DNA of 64,000 bases from Flaccisagitta enflata (lineage: Eukaryota), in assembly GCA_965153355.1 (NCBI GenBank), contig OZ231126.1:42160001-42224000 (forward strand), written 5' to 3'. A program made the translations under genes and the position numbers. The notes beneath the pieces were generated by a model that had not been told where the DNA came from, did no database searches, and saw only the letters and a list, made by a program, of their open reading frames with translations. Of this stretch, positions 1-18,690 are shown piece after piece (position 1 is the stretch's first letter; every line of letters starts with the position of its first letter).

Positions 1-739
1 CTACTCTTGTGTGTGTGGGCGTCTGTGGTGTTTTCTTCCCGAATGGGGTGATTAGTTCTTCTTGTTAGATCCGTTTACGTGACCTAATATGTCGCTGTTT
101 CGGTCCGTCTATCCATCAATTTGTTAGTTCGTCAATCGGTTACATTTTTCATTTGCGATCATTTTTTTCGTCGCAGATTCTGCCCAACTATACATGTCAT
201 CTAGGGCATGGCTTTTCGTGTTTTTGGTTGTACGTCGTTTTTCCTCTGTCCTTGTTTTTGGTTGTTCTTCTGTCCTTGTTCTTGGTTGTTGTTCTTATTC
301 ATTACAAACGTTGCATTTTTTTTTGTCCTTTGCTGAGGTTATCGTCGTTGTTGTTGTCGTTGTCGTTATTGACTTTCTTTACTTTGTTGAAATTTATCTT
401 TTATAATTGTAGACGCTTTCGGCATTATGCTATTTCTTAAATATAGTTTTTTTTTGTCGCGGACAAGTGACGCTACAAGCCACCTTTTGGTTGGTCGGGC
501 GTTTCGTTTCAATTTTTTTTTCTGTGCGTGTTTTCCAAAACGATACAACTTGTTATTTGGTTGAGTTTTTTTTTTTCGTTCATGGGCATGGCTGTTTTTC
601 TGGGTCACTATTTTCTCGGTCTTTCTGTCTGCTTTTGCTTCGCAACGAGTGCAATTGAGTGCGGTTAGGGACTGAGGAGGTGAGGAACTTATCCGACAGA
701 TTTCCCACGTGGATTTTGGCGTCGTTAACATCGACGGCG

Positions 740-834
<95 letters not shown>

Positions 835-1084
835 CTTGTTGTCGTTGTTGTTGTTTTTATTGTTGTTATTGTTGTTATTTTTATTGTTGTTGTTTTATTG
901 TTATGGTTGTCCAACTCTTCTAGTTGTCGTTGTTTTATTGCTGTAGCTGTTGTCGCTGTTGTTGTTGACTTTCAACGTAATTGCGAAAACGAATAGATAA
1001 GCGTACATCTTGCAACTTAGAATCACATGAGAACAGAGGTCCAGGAAGGTTTACACAAAATGGCCCCTTGAGGTAGGCCACTGA

Positions 1085-4000
1085 CTATGGGATAAATGTC
1101 ATTTCTCCGTTGTACCATTCTCAAGTACTTTCCATGAGCTTCAATGCTACATGTTTGTTTTGTCAAAAAATGTTCGGGAAGTGTAAGTCCAAGGGGTCAA
1201 AGAGTCAGTATGATCTACAGAGTCAAAATTTCAAAGTTTAGAATTAAATCTGATTGCAGATTTGGATTCCTCTCAAAAAAGTAGCATAAGAAAGTACTCT
1301 TCTTTTTTTTCATTTCTCATTTTAAGTGGGTCAAAATTGGGGTCAAAGGTCACAAGTGACCCCAATCTGACCTCACGTGAGGTCAAAATGAAAACGCGAT
1401 AATCAAAATTTGGGACCAGTTTAAATCCCCTGGCAACAATGAGTTGGATATGCTACATTGTTTGATTTCTCAGATTTCTTCCCAGAAAATGTCTGTGAAA
1501 AAAATATTAACCTATAGAGCTAATTTGAGGTCAGGGGGTGTGAGGACCATCTTGAGGGCCAAGAGGGTTAGTTGGAGGCCTGAAAGGCTTGATTAGAGCT
1601 CAAGGGGGGGGGGGGAATACAACTACAGACAAATGAACAAACAAACAAAATTCCCCGTATTCAACAGGACTTCGTCCCCCTGCCCAAAAGCTTAATTTGA
1701 CTTTACAGGATGATCAAAAGTCAGAAAGGCCATATCTATATTAAATATATATGCTTAGGAGCTATGTTCTTTTTAAGTAGATTCAGAATACATAGCGAGT
1801 CTAGATTTCTGTTAGGACCCTGCTGTGCATCATGACAAATATTGTTATTTTTGACAGACATTTTCTGAGAAAACTTGAAAATGACAGTAATAACTATCAA
1901 CTAATTCATTCACAAAAAATTCCGCCGCTTGGATTTGACCCAAGGAACTTCCTCTACTCGGATTCGTTAGCAGTAACTGCCCATAGAATGCAGAATTCTG
2001 TGACAACAAAAAAGTTTATTTTTTTTTCACTAGGAAGACACTCAGTAAGTGGATCAGATACATGATGCCCTCGGAGAGATAATTGCAAATGACGGACTTG
2101 TTATCAATATTTTGCGTAGGAGGCGCGAACATTGAATCTGTAGCCTAAAATGAAATGACCTTAACAGAAGAAAATGTTCAATGCGATTACAGCCACAGTA
2201 ATTACATATTCGCTGTACAACATAATATTAAAGTTAAAATTTTCATTCATTTAGAAAAAAAGACCAAGGCTTAGCCAATGTTTTTAAAAAATTTTTAGAA
2301 ATTTCTACTTTTTTCATTTTTAATACTTACAGGATAAACATCTAAATTTAAATTCTGTGATAAAAGAAAAAATGAAAACAAAGAACATAGTTCTCTTCCT
2401 GTACCTGATTGCATATATAACTATGTTTTCAAAAAAAATGCAAAATTTCCCCGTGTTTGGCTTTCTTAGAATTTAGACCACAGAAAATGAAAAAAATTGT
2501 AAGCAGAAATTTGCTGAAAACTGTCATTTTTCTGTTTGTCTTCATTAGAATCGCATAGTTAAAATCACTTTTTAGGTCAGAATATGATAAAATGGTATAT
2601 ACCAAGTGACTTTAGAGACAATTTGTCCACTAAAAGCATTCCAGCTTCATTATTGTCCTAAAAATAATGCAAAAAGTATGGTGAAACACTTTATTTTCCT
2701 TCGAAAATTTGCCGTCTTATCAATATTTCGCGTAGGAGGCGCGAACATTGAATCTGTAGCCTAAAACGAAATGACCTTAACAGAAAAAAATGTTCAATGC
2801 GATTACAGCCAAAGTAATTACATATTCGCTGTACAACTTTCTCAGGATTTGTGCAGAGGATTAATGGTCATTCCTGGAAAATTTCAGAAAGTTTCACAGA
2901 ATATTTATTTAGCTATACCTTTTTGAAATTTCGGGGCAGGTAGGTTGATTCGAGTGGTTGGACCTTCTGGAATTGCGTGAAACTTTGCACCGTAGTAGAC
3001 AAGGTCATATGATGTCACCATACAAAAAATCAAGTCAATCGGACAATTCCTCTCCAATTTACAGCCTTTCAAAGTTGAGCTAAAAAAAGTCACGATAATT
3101 TCCGCCACTTTGAACAAATTGTTGCGCTTTTGCTTCAGACTCTTGAGCACTCATGAAATCATGAACAAACGACAAGCTCAAAGGCCAAGCTTTCCTTTGA
3201 TGTAAGATTTGATACTATTATCATTAAACATTAAAGCATATCGCCACTCTCTTTGGGCCGGTCATCTTATAAAGTTGAATCAGAAAATTCTTAGGGTCTG
3301 GCGAGGACAATTGCATTTTTAAAAGACCACATGGTCGCTCGCACCTCTCAGATGCTCACTCCACAGCGCTCCGCTCGCTCGCTTTGCTCGCTCGCTCCTT
3401 TCACGGGCTCGCGCACTCGTCACACACTTCTTGATGTGACAATTGAAATTCATGAATCTGCGCTGAAATCGCATTTTAAGGAAACAAATGTATTTGAAGT
3501 CGTCACTAAAAACGCTCTGAGTCTGTTTAAATGAGGATTAAATTCGATTCTGCATAATTACATTTTGCGACAGAACACGGTATGAGAGAAAGCGCAGGTA
3601 ACAAGGTTTGAGTTTATCATCGTAGCAACCAGAAGGCCGAGGATAGCAACGTGGGCAATATTCTCTCATGTTTCATGGGGATTCCAAAACTGGTCTCAGA
3701 ATTTGGATTATCCGCGTTTTTATTTTTGACCTCTCGTGAGATCAGATTGGGGTCACTCATGACCTTTGACCCCAATTTTGACCTACTTAAAATGACAAAT
3801 GAAAAAAAAGAAGAGTACTTTGTTTTGCTACTTTTTATCTTATCAGTTAAAGATGTGATTCTGGTAGCACAATTATAGGAAACTGTAGGCCACAGGGGTT
3901 AATTTTCAGACATCTGTCCATCTGTCTATCCTTCTGTCCATCTGTCCACCTGTCTGCCCAACCATCACCCCACAGACCTCCGCCCCAAATTAGCACCTCC

Positions 4001-4612
4001 CAGGCCTGGGATTAGCTCCCTCAGCCTTTGGAGTTAGCTTCTATTCAATTTTACACTTGGCCATCCAGACCTAAATCAGCTCTCCAGGCCTCAAATATGC
4101 CCTTTCAGCTACAAACATGCCCCCACCCCCCCCCCCCGACCTTAAATAAGCTGTATAGGTTGATATTTCTTCACAGACATTTTCTGGGAAAATCTGAAAT
4201 TGACAGTAATAACTATCAACTCATAATTTATGAGGATTCCAAAACTGGTCCCAGAATTCTGATTATCCGTGTTTTCATTTTTGATCTCTCGTGAGGACAG
4301 ATTGGGGTCACTCGAGACCTTTGACCCCACTTTTTGACCCACTTAAAATGAGAAATGAAAAAAAAAGAAGAGTACTTTCTTTTGCTACTTTTTTGAGAGG
4401 AATCTAAATCTGCAATCAGATTTTTTGATTTGGAAAATCTTTGAAATTTTGACTCCGGTAAAGATCATACTTGACCTCTCTCTGACCTGACCTCTTTGGA
4501 CCATTAACTTCTCGAATATTTTTTGACACAAAACAAACATGTAGCATTGAAGCTCATGGACATTACGGAGAAATGGTACAACGGAGAAGCAAAACTGTAA
4601 AAACCCCACTGT
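1085..4612. mobile_element. Degenerate long-inverted-repeat element or inverted pair of repeat copies
   Basis: ~1085-1560 is the diverged reverse complement of ~4085-4612 (e.g. CATGAGCTTCAATGCTACATGTTTGTTTTG). Partial extra copies at ~1850-1915 and ~3680-3835. No clear TSD. Confidence 0.65.
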
Positions 4613-5945
4613 TTAGAACATTTGAGGGACCATTGGAGGCAAGAAGAATATCCTTTCTAATCATTTAAAATTGTGCTTGTTAGAATTAATTCACTGAAGC
4701 ACACTCAGTGCTTAAATGAATGAACACAATCTAGTGCCATTTGCACTGAGCTTCAGTGGAATTGGTGTTGACTATTTTGTCAATGTAAAATAGAAAAGAT
4801 AGATGAAAGCTTAATGGTTTATTTGAGAACCAAGAAATCCCTTTTATTTCCATCTCTCTATGTCTCCGCTATTTCTTTTTATCTCTCCTTTTTTGTCCTT
4901 GAGAATTTTGATATCTAAAAGAAAACATTTTTTTACATTTGCTTAGTTTTCATTATTTTGAGAAAAATAATGGCATGTAAGACTTTTTTCCTCCAAAAAA
5001 ACAAAAAAATTGAGGAAGAATGAGTTTAAAAATACTAAGATATTCATAGAAGATACTTTAGAAAAAAAAAGAAAAAAAAAAACAATTCTGAATTAAAAGA
5101 AATCAAATAAGTTTCTTAATCTACTGAAATATTTATAACCACGAAAATGTTGCCGGATATTACTGCAATCCAGTTTCAAGATTTTATTACAGGAGCAGTT
5201 ATTTGAAACCGCTTTGGAATTCAAACGTAGACGTGACCAACGGACTAACGACCGCATATACCAACCTACTGACCGACACGGCAAGGTGTAGAGTCGCGTG
5301 TCCGCGACTAAAAAAACCTTAATTACTTCTCATTTCATTGCAAGATAAAAAATGGTCAATTGCAGTATAAAAATATATCAAGAGTCAATCCACTGAAGCA
5401 CGAATTCTAATTCCACTGAAGCACGAGGTCGTGCTACAGTGGAATGGGCCTTTACTGGCCTAATTTCCAGCCCAGTTTTCGTGATTCAATGGATAGGCCA
5501 GGTGAAATTATTAAGAGACCCTCCAAGGCTCCATCATGGGACCCCCATGTGAAAACCCTCCATAATCTATTGATCTCCTACGTTCTCAGTCGCAAACTCA
5601 AGACCGTGACTGATATCGTCAGCTTGAGACAAACTTGCCGGACGCTCGTATCATGTGGAGATGGTCTGTCCTAGTCTATTCGTTCGTGTATTCATATTTG
5701 ATGAACGCATGAATGGCGTCTCTTTGGTCTCATGAGAATGAATGTATGTTGCAGTCAAACGTGGAAACTGATGTTCTAATTCAATGGCCCGACCAAACAC
5801 AAACGGGTGGATACTATAGGCCACCGTGTATCCGGCCTTTTTTCATCACTTCCCAGCCAAAAGAATCCCCCCACGGATATCATCGTCGTCATCAAGCCGC
5901 CGAAGAGTAAAACCTGATTCTGAAACGCCGCAATTATCACGCTGA
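3574..5945 (+). CDS. Candidate 3' exons of a host gene
   Basis: Phase-compatible GT-AG exons 3574-3597, 5590-5663 and 5857-5945 give TRYERKRSRKLKTVTDIVSLRQTCRTLVSCGDAKRIPPRISSSSSSRRRVKPDSETPQLSR*. Short, with no recognisable domain. Confidence 0.3.
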
Positions 5946-7637
5946 TACTGCCGCCGATCCGTCTGCCTGTTCTTCCGTCGATTCTTCTACCGATTTTAAA
6001 GCCGCCACTCTCCCCCCTCGCCCCCCCCCCCCATCTTGTCGCTGATTCTAAGGCCGGATCTGGCGGCCTCACACACATGACTTCATCCGCTCCAACAAAT
6101 GATGTGGAATTCATTTCTCTCATCCTCTTTTTCTCTCTCTCACTTTTTTCTCTCTATGACGCGACGGGAACTTGTTCTATACGGAACAACCCAGAATTTC
6201 CCAAGACGAATCCACTCTATGTCTGTCAGTGCACGCGTGCGCGCGTGCGTGCGTGTGTCGGGGCAAATTTCTCATTGTATGACGCACTGAAAATTACCAT
6301 AGAATTTGCTACCCGAGCTAGATAAGTCATGAAATTTGTAAAATGAAATTTGATGATAATTTTTGCTTTTATGTTTTCAATTATACTGTCAACAGCCATA
6401 TTTTGCATGAATTGACTTGCGTATGCCAGTTTTAAACCCCAATCCTTTATTATACAGCTGAAAAAATATGCGAAATACAATAGAAAACTACTTTTGTCAA
6501 TCTACCATAGCTCATTGAAAATTTTAAATTTGCATAGAAAATCAAAATATCAACAAAACAAGAACATAGCGCGATTCCTAAAACATAAACTGAGGGCGCT
6601 ATGTTCTTATTTTAATGATATTTGGATTCTTCATGCAAATTTAAAATTTTCAGTGAGCAGTTACTGAAATGATTGTCGCTATTTTTTTCACTTTTTAGTC
6701 TTTTGAGAATCGAATTTCCTTCAATCTTTTAGCATGTTTGTCATTTGACAGTGACAGATCGGTTTTCTCATGTAAGTTTACACATTTATGTACAAAAAAG
6801 TAAGCACAAGCATTGACCTGAGTAAAAATAGTAAAGTGAATGGTAACTTTATCCTCTGGGTAAATTCCTTTTACTTTAATTTCAGTGCGTCGTATGTACA
6901 AGTTTTACAAGTGCCGTGGCGCCCCCCCCCCCACCCAATGAAAAATTGAATGAAGAAATGAAGTGGTCTCAGACAAAATACAGCGTGTAATGAATGAATA
7001 GAATGAAAAACTGAATGAACGCATCAATGAACGAGTGAGAAAAAGAAATGGGCTCGTCCCCTAGGCGCGTATTCGTTCGTTCGGTGACCGAACTTCGGTC
7101 TCAATGTTCGCGTGCGTTAATCCACCGCGTGCGGAGTTGAGTAACGCGTACGTGGTCTCTAACTCTCTATTCAGTGTTCCGTTCTCGAGCCGTCTCATTG
7201 GAAATGAATTTCTACGCGGGAAGAATACCAAATTAACTTATTAAGGATAGGAAGAAAAATTACCGACGCTTCGGAAATGTGGCGCACCTGATATTCCGCG
7301 CGCGGAAATCAGGCTTGATTCCGTTTGATTGCATGAGATAGATGGAGTGTGACATTCAGAGGCTGGGGGAATAAAATGAGAGCGAAGTAAAGAAGCGAGA
7401 GGGGGGTAGCATACGAATAAATTACTGACACGCTGTAGGCCTCTTAGTTAGTAGGCTATTGACAAACATGCACGAACGTACACACTCTCGTATGGTATGG
7501 TTGTACGAAAAAGAAAAAAGAAATATCGTTTTTGTTGGGGGGGGGGGGGTCAGGAGCGGAATGTGGGTTCCTTCACTTTTGGACTCGAGCGTAAAAGACC
7601 GCCCGACAGGCCAATGGACGGCCTGACAGAGCCTCTC

Positions 7638-8252
7638 CACCGTCCGTTCAAACTACCGCCAGGTGGTTTTTAGTATTACTCTGAATTTTCCGCTTGTTTT
7701 TACTCAGGATGGACTTCCTGAACTAGGATCCAGCTTCAAAGCAATCTTTCTCGTGGCGCCTTTTGAAAAAAATCAAAAACTGATAATTTTTCATCCTGTA
7801 TTGCACCCAGATTTTAGAGGATAGTTAGAAAAGTTTTTTAGATGGCATATTTGAATTCCTGATGAAATTTCCTTTCGTTTGATAGGTCGCACTATATATT
7901 TTTCATACGAGATCAAATTTTCAATTTTTCAGCCACCGTTACTTTTTGTAACGGTGGCTTGAAAATTAAGAATTTTATTTCTTTTTAAAAATATATAGTG
8001 CGACCTATCAAATGAAAGGAAATTTTATCAGGAATTTAGATATGCTATCTAAAAAGATCTTTTAACAACCCTAAAAATTCTGATTTCAAAATAATTGAAA
8101 AAACAATCAATTTTGGATTTTTTTCAAAAGGCGCCACAAGAAAGATTTATTTGAACCTGGATTCTTGTTCAGGAGGTCCATATTGAGCAAAATCAAGCGG
8201 AAAATCCAGAGTAATACTGAAAACCACCTGGCGGTAGTTTGAACGGATGGTG
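7638..8252. mobile_element. Palindromic MITE, Chapaev-like (CAC ends, 4-bp TSD)
   Basis: CACCGTCCGTTCAAACTACCGCCAGGTGG ... CCACCTGGCGGTAGTTTGAACGGATGGTG, with TCTC duplicated at 7634-7637 and 8253-8256. Inserted within a DINE-1-like copy. Confidence 0.88.
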
Positions 8253-8293
8253 TCTCATAGAGTCGCGTGTCCGCGACTAAAAAGAAATTGAAA

Positions 8294-8527
<234 letters not shown>

Positions 8528-8823
8528 GAGGGAACCGGAAATTGGCGCTGAAATCGCCGACAAATTCCGGCAATCGTCAACAAACACCGACAACGTTAAC
8601 AAACGCTTTCAAACATCGGTGGCGTTGACACTCGACAGGTTCGTCATCCATCATCCAAACTCTACAGTTTCAATTACATAGACGTGGCAAACGTCGTCTC
8701 ATTCGCAATTAATGAATTATTTATATCAAGTTCATTGAGCTTTTTCCGAGTTGAGTCATGCGAGTTGCGTTCTCTTTTTCCTTATCGTTGTTACTCGTTG
8801 TTAACAGTGTTAAGATGTTCTTG

Positions 8824-9028
8824 CAGTGGAACCCCGCTTCCTTGACAACGCCGTTAACGGTTACCCGCCTTTAGTGGACAACAAGCTGTGGTCCCAAATT
8901 TTTCTGGCCTTTTGTAATGCTAAATTGCCCCTAGATAACGGACACGCCTTTAATGGTGAATTGGCAATATCGGTCAAAAATTCTGGGCCAAAATGACTCT
9001 AAACTCCTTGTTAGCGGTGAACTGACTG
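8824..9028. mobile_element. Degenerate pogo/Tigger-like MITE
   Basis: CAGTGGAACCCCGCT ... AGCGGTGAACTGACTG|TA. Confidence 0.55.
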
Positions 9029-9124
9029 TAGCCCACTGAGGTCAACCACTAATCCCAACTTAGATTTTGACCGAATAAGCGTGAAACAGTTTTGGCGAAA
9101 CACGAGTGGCGGGGAGAAACAGAG

Positions 9125-9223
<99 letters not shown>

Positions 9224-9512
9224 CACCATTGAGGCATTTCTCAGCAATTCAATCATTTCTTGTTACCAAAGGCATAGCATGGAACAGTTATCTCTTCCAC
9301 AAAAAGCCGTCTTTTTTCTCTTGCTAATTTCAAACAATGCGTTACAATGCAATAATAGAACTCCCACTAAACAGAAGTAATAGTGCGTTCATGTTTTTAT
9401 TCCATCTTTTGGTCTTTCTGTCCGTCTGTCTTTCTGTCAGTGTTTGTCAGTTTGTATATGTGTGTCTGTGTGTCAGGGTCTTTCTGTCGGTCTGATTTTC
9501 CGTCAGTGTCTA

Positions 9513-9950
9513 CAGTACCATAGGAGCAATGAGAACCTCAGATGGAGGGTCATTTCCTGCTTCACTATTTTAATGAAGTAGCTTCAATTATGGTTTTTCT
9601 GAAAGCTGATGAGCAAGAGCTTTGAGTGAATATAGTTTTATTCCTCTAGCTCTAACTGTTGACCAAAAGGAAAAAAAGTGCAGCACCACTCGGGATTTGA
9701 ACCTGTGACACTGAAGAGAGAGAAATTGTCTTTCTTAAGTTCAACACTCTATCAACAGAGCTATCACGCCACATGCAATTCAGTGATAACAATTGGCGCT
9801 TGCTTATGAATCACTTGGTTTGGAATTTTGTGTTCACTCAATGCCTTGGACCATCAGCTTTTAGAAAAACCAAAGCTTTAGGTTCTTCCTTTAAACAGTG
9901 AGAATATAGAGGGCCCTCTTTCTACTGCTCTTATTGCTCCCATCGTACTG
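9513..9950. mobile_element. TA-flanked MITE (CAGTAC...GGAGCAAT family)
   Basis: TA|CAGTACCATAGGAGCAATGAG ... CTTATTGCTCCCATCGTACTG|TA. Confidence 0.8.
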
Positions 9951-11020
9951 TATGTGCCAGTCTGTCTTTCTCTCAGTTTTTCTTCTTTGTCAAGTTTTTT
10001 TTTATGTCAGGCTGTCACTCTGTCAGTGTCTTTTTGTCACATCAGTATGTCTCTCCTTATCTTTTCCTTTTTTAGTCGCGTGCTACGCGACTCTATAAGC
10101 CACTTTTTGGTCTGTCATTTGGTTCGTCAGTCCGTCTATCACAAAGTCCTTTTAAAGACTTCTAATTGCGTTTTTTTTTTATGACTCTTACCGGTAGAAA
10201 AGAAACTTGGAGGAATAAACAGCTTTTTCAAATGTTTGTCTGTCTGTATGTCTGCCTGATTTTCTTTGAAAGTGCCGACGCATGCGACTAAGGTCTAATG
10301 ACCTTGTTTTTCTTTTTTGTTGTTGTTCATCACACAGGCTCGTATACAATCTCATGAAGAATTGTCCGCCATTCACCTAAGCCCATGCATGAGGTCTCTA
10401 TCGATTGATTTAACTCCTCCGGCTGTTTAGTTAATCTTTCAGAATCGAGACTTGTTGCCCACACGCTTCATTGCTTCTCAATCTCAACGTAAGGCCGGAT
10501 GTACGGCTAGACAGTCGCGGATGATTGGGCAGGAGCAGTAATGCGAAAACCGCCTGAAATGGGACTGACCGACGGATGGACGGACCTATCGACTGACACG
10601 CACAGTTCGTGAGCTTCAGTCTTTTTTGTCACAACTTAAAAATGACACAGACGATCTTTTTTAGTTGCGGACACGCAACTCTATAAGAGGCATTGTCCAT
10701 CTGTCCGTTGGTCCGTCCGTCCGTCACTTGTTCCCACCTCAGCTCTCTTCCCTCAAAGCACATCCTCTCAAACAAGGCCGGCCGGATACACTGCCACCAG
10801 TTGCGGACGGGTGGGCAGGGGTGGAAATGCGCGTTTTCCCACTTTTCAACTCGAGCGTGAGGGACCAATCGACCAACCGACCAACCGACCAACCAACCAA
10901 CCAACCAACCGACCAACGGACGCACAAAGCCTCATAAAGAGTTGCGTGTCTGCGACTAAAAATCTGTTTTTTCATCAACCCACTATCATGCAATTTTTAC
11001 CTCGTGAGATGTGAGAAGTA

Positions 11021-11183
11021 CAGTCGAACCTCGCTATAGCCCATCCGCTAATCAGGCACAGTCGCCTATAAAGCATGACATATATCCTATATGAAATTTT
11101 GTAGTTTTTGCTCTATTAGCAAAACGGCATCATAAAGCATGAATTTGCTGTCCCTTGGCATGCGCTGAAATGAAGCTCAACTG
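11021..11183. mobile_element. Degenerate pogo/Tigger-like MITE
   Basis: TA|CAGTCGAACCTCG ... TGAAGCTCAACTG|TA. Confidence 0.6.
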
Positions 11184-11737
11184 TAGTAATTTAGTGTGCC
11201 AAATATCTATTGGTATGTGATATTGCACACTACTACGCATACATTTTATCAAATATCTAAATTATGCAAACTTATTTATCAAAAAAAAAAAGAAGAAACA
11301 ATCAAACATCAAGCAAATTAAAAGATATTGAATGCTATGCTAAAAATAATCAGCTAGCAAAATAGTTTTTCATGATAACGGTTCCCCGCGATAAAGGCCA
11401 AAATTGAAGGGTCCCCATGGGGCCGTTATCAAGGGGCAGGGCTGTAATTATTTTCTTTTTGTCGTTGTTGTTATTGTTGTTGTTATATATATATATATAT
11501 ATTATATATTATTATTTGGGAGTGAAATGTGAAAAAATTGGAGGGTGGCAGCTCTTAAATACCTGAAACAGGTTTCTTCCGCGGGGTGCACTAAGTTCTA
11601 ATGCATTTTCCATTTTATGCAAATCTAATGGATGCTTGTTGATATTTGCATTTCATCCGCATGTTGGTCGTCAGAAGCGATATTCATTCATTGACGAAAC
11701 ATATCGAGATCAAACGTCAAAAGCGAAAGGGCGCATA

Positions 11738-11795
<58 letters not shown>

Positions 11796-12702
11796 AAGTC
11801 GTTGTTGTTCTTGCTGTCATTGTTGTTATGTTGTTGTTGTTGTTGAGTTCCTTTCTTCGTGTTCATTTTTGGTCTTTTTTTTTCTTTCCGGTCCCTGATT
11901 TGTTGGTGGAAAGCTGATGTTGTTTTGATTCTGTTTATTCTCCCAAATCTGGCATTGTTTTTCCCATTCCGTTATCACTTATCCCATCGTCGACACTTTA
12001 AATTCCCGAGCGAAGAATATTTCACTGTTACGAATTTTGTTTACGTTTTAACGTTGACAGCAAAAGTCGCTCTTGAATAAGATCTGTTTGTGGTCCGTTG
12101 ATCAGTTGGGGTGTTACTTTGTTTCATTTACTTTTTCTTTTCTATTTATTCATTTTTATTTCCTTTTTTTTTACTTTACTGTTGGCGCCCAATGGCAAGC
12201 GACCGACATTGCGCATAAGCCGACTGCGACTAGCTTTGTCCCGAGCAAGGGGTCAATTGGGCAGGAGCAGATATGCGACAACCGCTAATAATCAAAAATG
12301 TTGCAAATCGACATACCGACGGAATGACCAACTTACCAAGACAGAGTAATATATGAGGTTTGTTTAATTCGTCAACTTTAAAAGTGACTGTGGCATACAG
12401 GCAGTGAATGAAAAAAACAAGTGAAGGCGGGGTCACAATATCGTTGCGCCTTGCGGACGGATGGGAAGGAGCGGAGCGTCCAATCCCCGTCCACACCCCA
12501 TGCCCCCTCCCACATACACACAAAGCATCTAAATCGTTTTTTTTTTTACTTTTTGACTGACAAACAGACCGATGGACCGACCGACCAACCAACCGAAAAT
12601 TGGCTTATTGAGACGCGTGCGCGCGGATAAAAAGTCGGATCAAGTACAAGCCAACCCAACAGACTGTGACGAGGCTCAGTGATTTTTCGTCTAGGTTCGG
12701 TG

Positions 12703-15808
<3,106 letters not shown>

Positions 15809-16920
15809 CGATTACACGACGTTCACACCATCAACGAAAATTGGAGGCAAAAGACGTCAACGGCAAAGACTAATAGATCTACACGTTGCTCGGCACGACG
15901 CTCTCAGATCTCGGGAAACTTGTAGTTCCTTGAGAAGAGCGGGGATCATCAACCACCACCATCATCATCCGTCAGTCGAGTCGCGTGTCTGTCCTTAGAT
16001 AACTCTACAATCCCTTTTTTAACGAATGGTTCTCGCATCGCGTTGGCAAATCCACTGTGTAATACACGTTCCGTGGCCGTGGCAAACATTTTGATAATCA
16101 TAATGTCTGTTCGTCTGTTCGTTGCGTCTTTTCATCCCATCAGGCGTTCATATTTTGTAAACCTTCCGAGAGGCAGAATTTCTGTCTCATTAGTTTCTGA
16201 CATAGATTTTCATGTCTGTTGGTATCTTTTTAGTTAAAATTGCAAAATGGTTCACTAAACAACATGCAAGATCTCTTTTTCACCCAAATTAGCCATGACA
16301 TAGAACCAATCGTGAAAAAGGTTTGAAAAATAATTGGATTCAATCAAATAATCAGATTTTTTTGAGTCTGTCAAAATACATCTTAGTACTCTATAGACCC
16401 TTGCGTAATTATCTTGTTTTGTTTGTTTCTTTGTTTCTTACATTGCCTCTCTCTTTGCTTCTTTTTCTTTGCTTCTTTTTCTTTGCTTCTACCAAGATCT
16501 TCCGACAACTTCCTTCACCTTCCGAGAAGCGGCGCTTCCCGCTTCTTCAAAATATGAACGCCTGCCCATCACCGTCCATTTGTAGCAAGCATTCTAAAAT
16601 GGGATTTCTATTTTGTTTCTTTTACATCGTAAATGTGTTATTATCTTGTTGAAGAAGTATTGATGTATGTGTACATCAGGATTGTTCATTGAAAATCGAA
16701 GCATCGGGATGCGTTTTGAAGAAATCATTATTTGAATGTTGGAAAAATTTCAGACTAGTTGTTTGTATTGTAATGAATGAGCACGTCTGCGAGTTTCAAT
16801 AACGTTTGGTTCCGCGTGACGAAAAATTGTTTTTCTTCGTTTGCGCGATCGCGAAGACGAGAAAGAAGGGTTTTTTTTCGTCTCACACCCACAACGACGC
16901 CTTTCCCGGTTTGTGAGGGC

Positions 16921-17864
<944 letters not shown>

Positions 17865-18357
17865 GGAAAAAAAGAGAGAGGAAATAAATTTCAAAAGGAA
17901 GAATTGTAACGCGTCTTAGTAGTTTTTAAGTCGATTGCTAAGGGACTCTATAGGAGGGTGCGTCCGTAGGCCCGTCGGTTGGTCTGTCCGTGATGTTATT
18001 TTGAAACAGTGACTCCTGAGCATTGCAGCCCCTGTCCACCCACATACTGCCCCTGTGCATAAGCATCACTGCTTGGTTTTAATCGGTAGAGACCCCTCTA
18101 CCTCTAGAAAATGGATATATAACCATAACCATGGTATATTTTGAGCAGTTGTACGTAAAGACAGTGATCATACAGAAACAAAAAAGTCGCGGAAAAGAAC
18201 CCCTTGCAAAAAAGACCGGATATTCCATACCATAGCGAGGTGCATGATTTTCGGTGAATTAAAGAAGCCCATGTGCTACGTCACTTGATTTTTCATCATT
18301 GTGATTTTCAAACATACGTGACGAAGGGACAAACAGACGGACTGACAAACTCCCTAA

Positions 18358-18690
18358 GGGGCGCATGTTAGCTTAGTGGCAGGACTGGCAGCGCGCTGGC
18401 TTCCCATTCGGGAGGTTGCGGGTTCGATCCCGCAGGCCGTTATGTGGTGTCCCGGCCTGGGATCCAAGGCGCTGCTCCGTGCCCGGCGTGGCATGGCTCG
18501 CGGAGTTTATGGGGAAGCCGAGCCTCAGGTGGCGGAGCGGGGAAGCGAACTGATCGGACATGCTCTCTCCCCATTCCCCAAAGAATATTCTGACATCTGC
18601 CTGTCTCTGTGGGATCTTACGGTCTCAAGACAGTGAGCGTAGGTTCTGTCGGCGCCGATCAGCCATCTTCGAGCCTTTGACAGACATACG
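18358..18690 (+). mobile_element. tRNA-derived SINE
   Basis: GC-rich ~330-bp unit with a tRNA-like head: A box TAGCTTAGTGG (~18368) and B box GGTTCGATCCC (18421-18431). It does not fold as a clean cloverleaf. Boundaries approximate. Confidence 0.7.

Noticed and set aside
8531-10393. Additional plus-strand exons (8531-8638 EPEIGAEIADKF...; 10338-10380/10393)
   Set aside because: Plausible but ambiguous. They fit either a separate gene end (...LDRLVYNLMKNCPPFT*) or the membrane-protein gene, and this cannot be resolved without transcripts.
18358-18440. Functional tRNA gene
   Set aside because: The D-arm region is expanded, acceptor pairing is poor, and it continues into a 250-bp GC-rich body without a T-run terminator. 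Treated as a SINE head.
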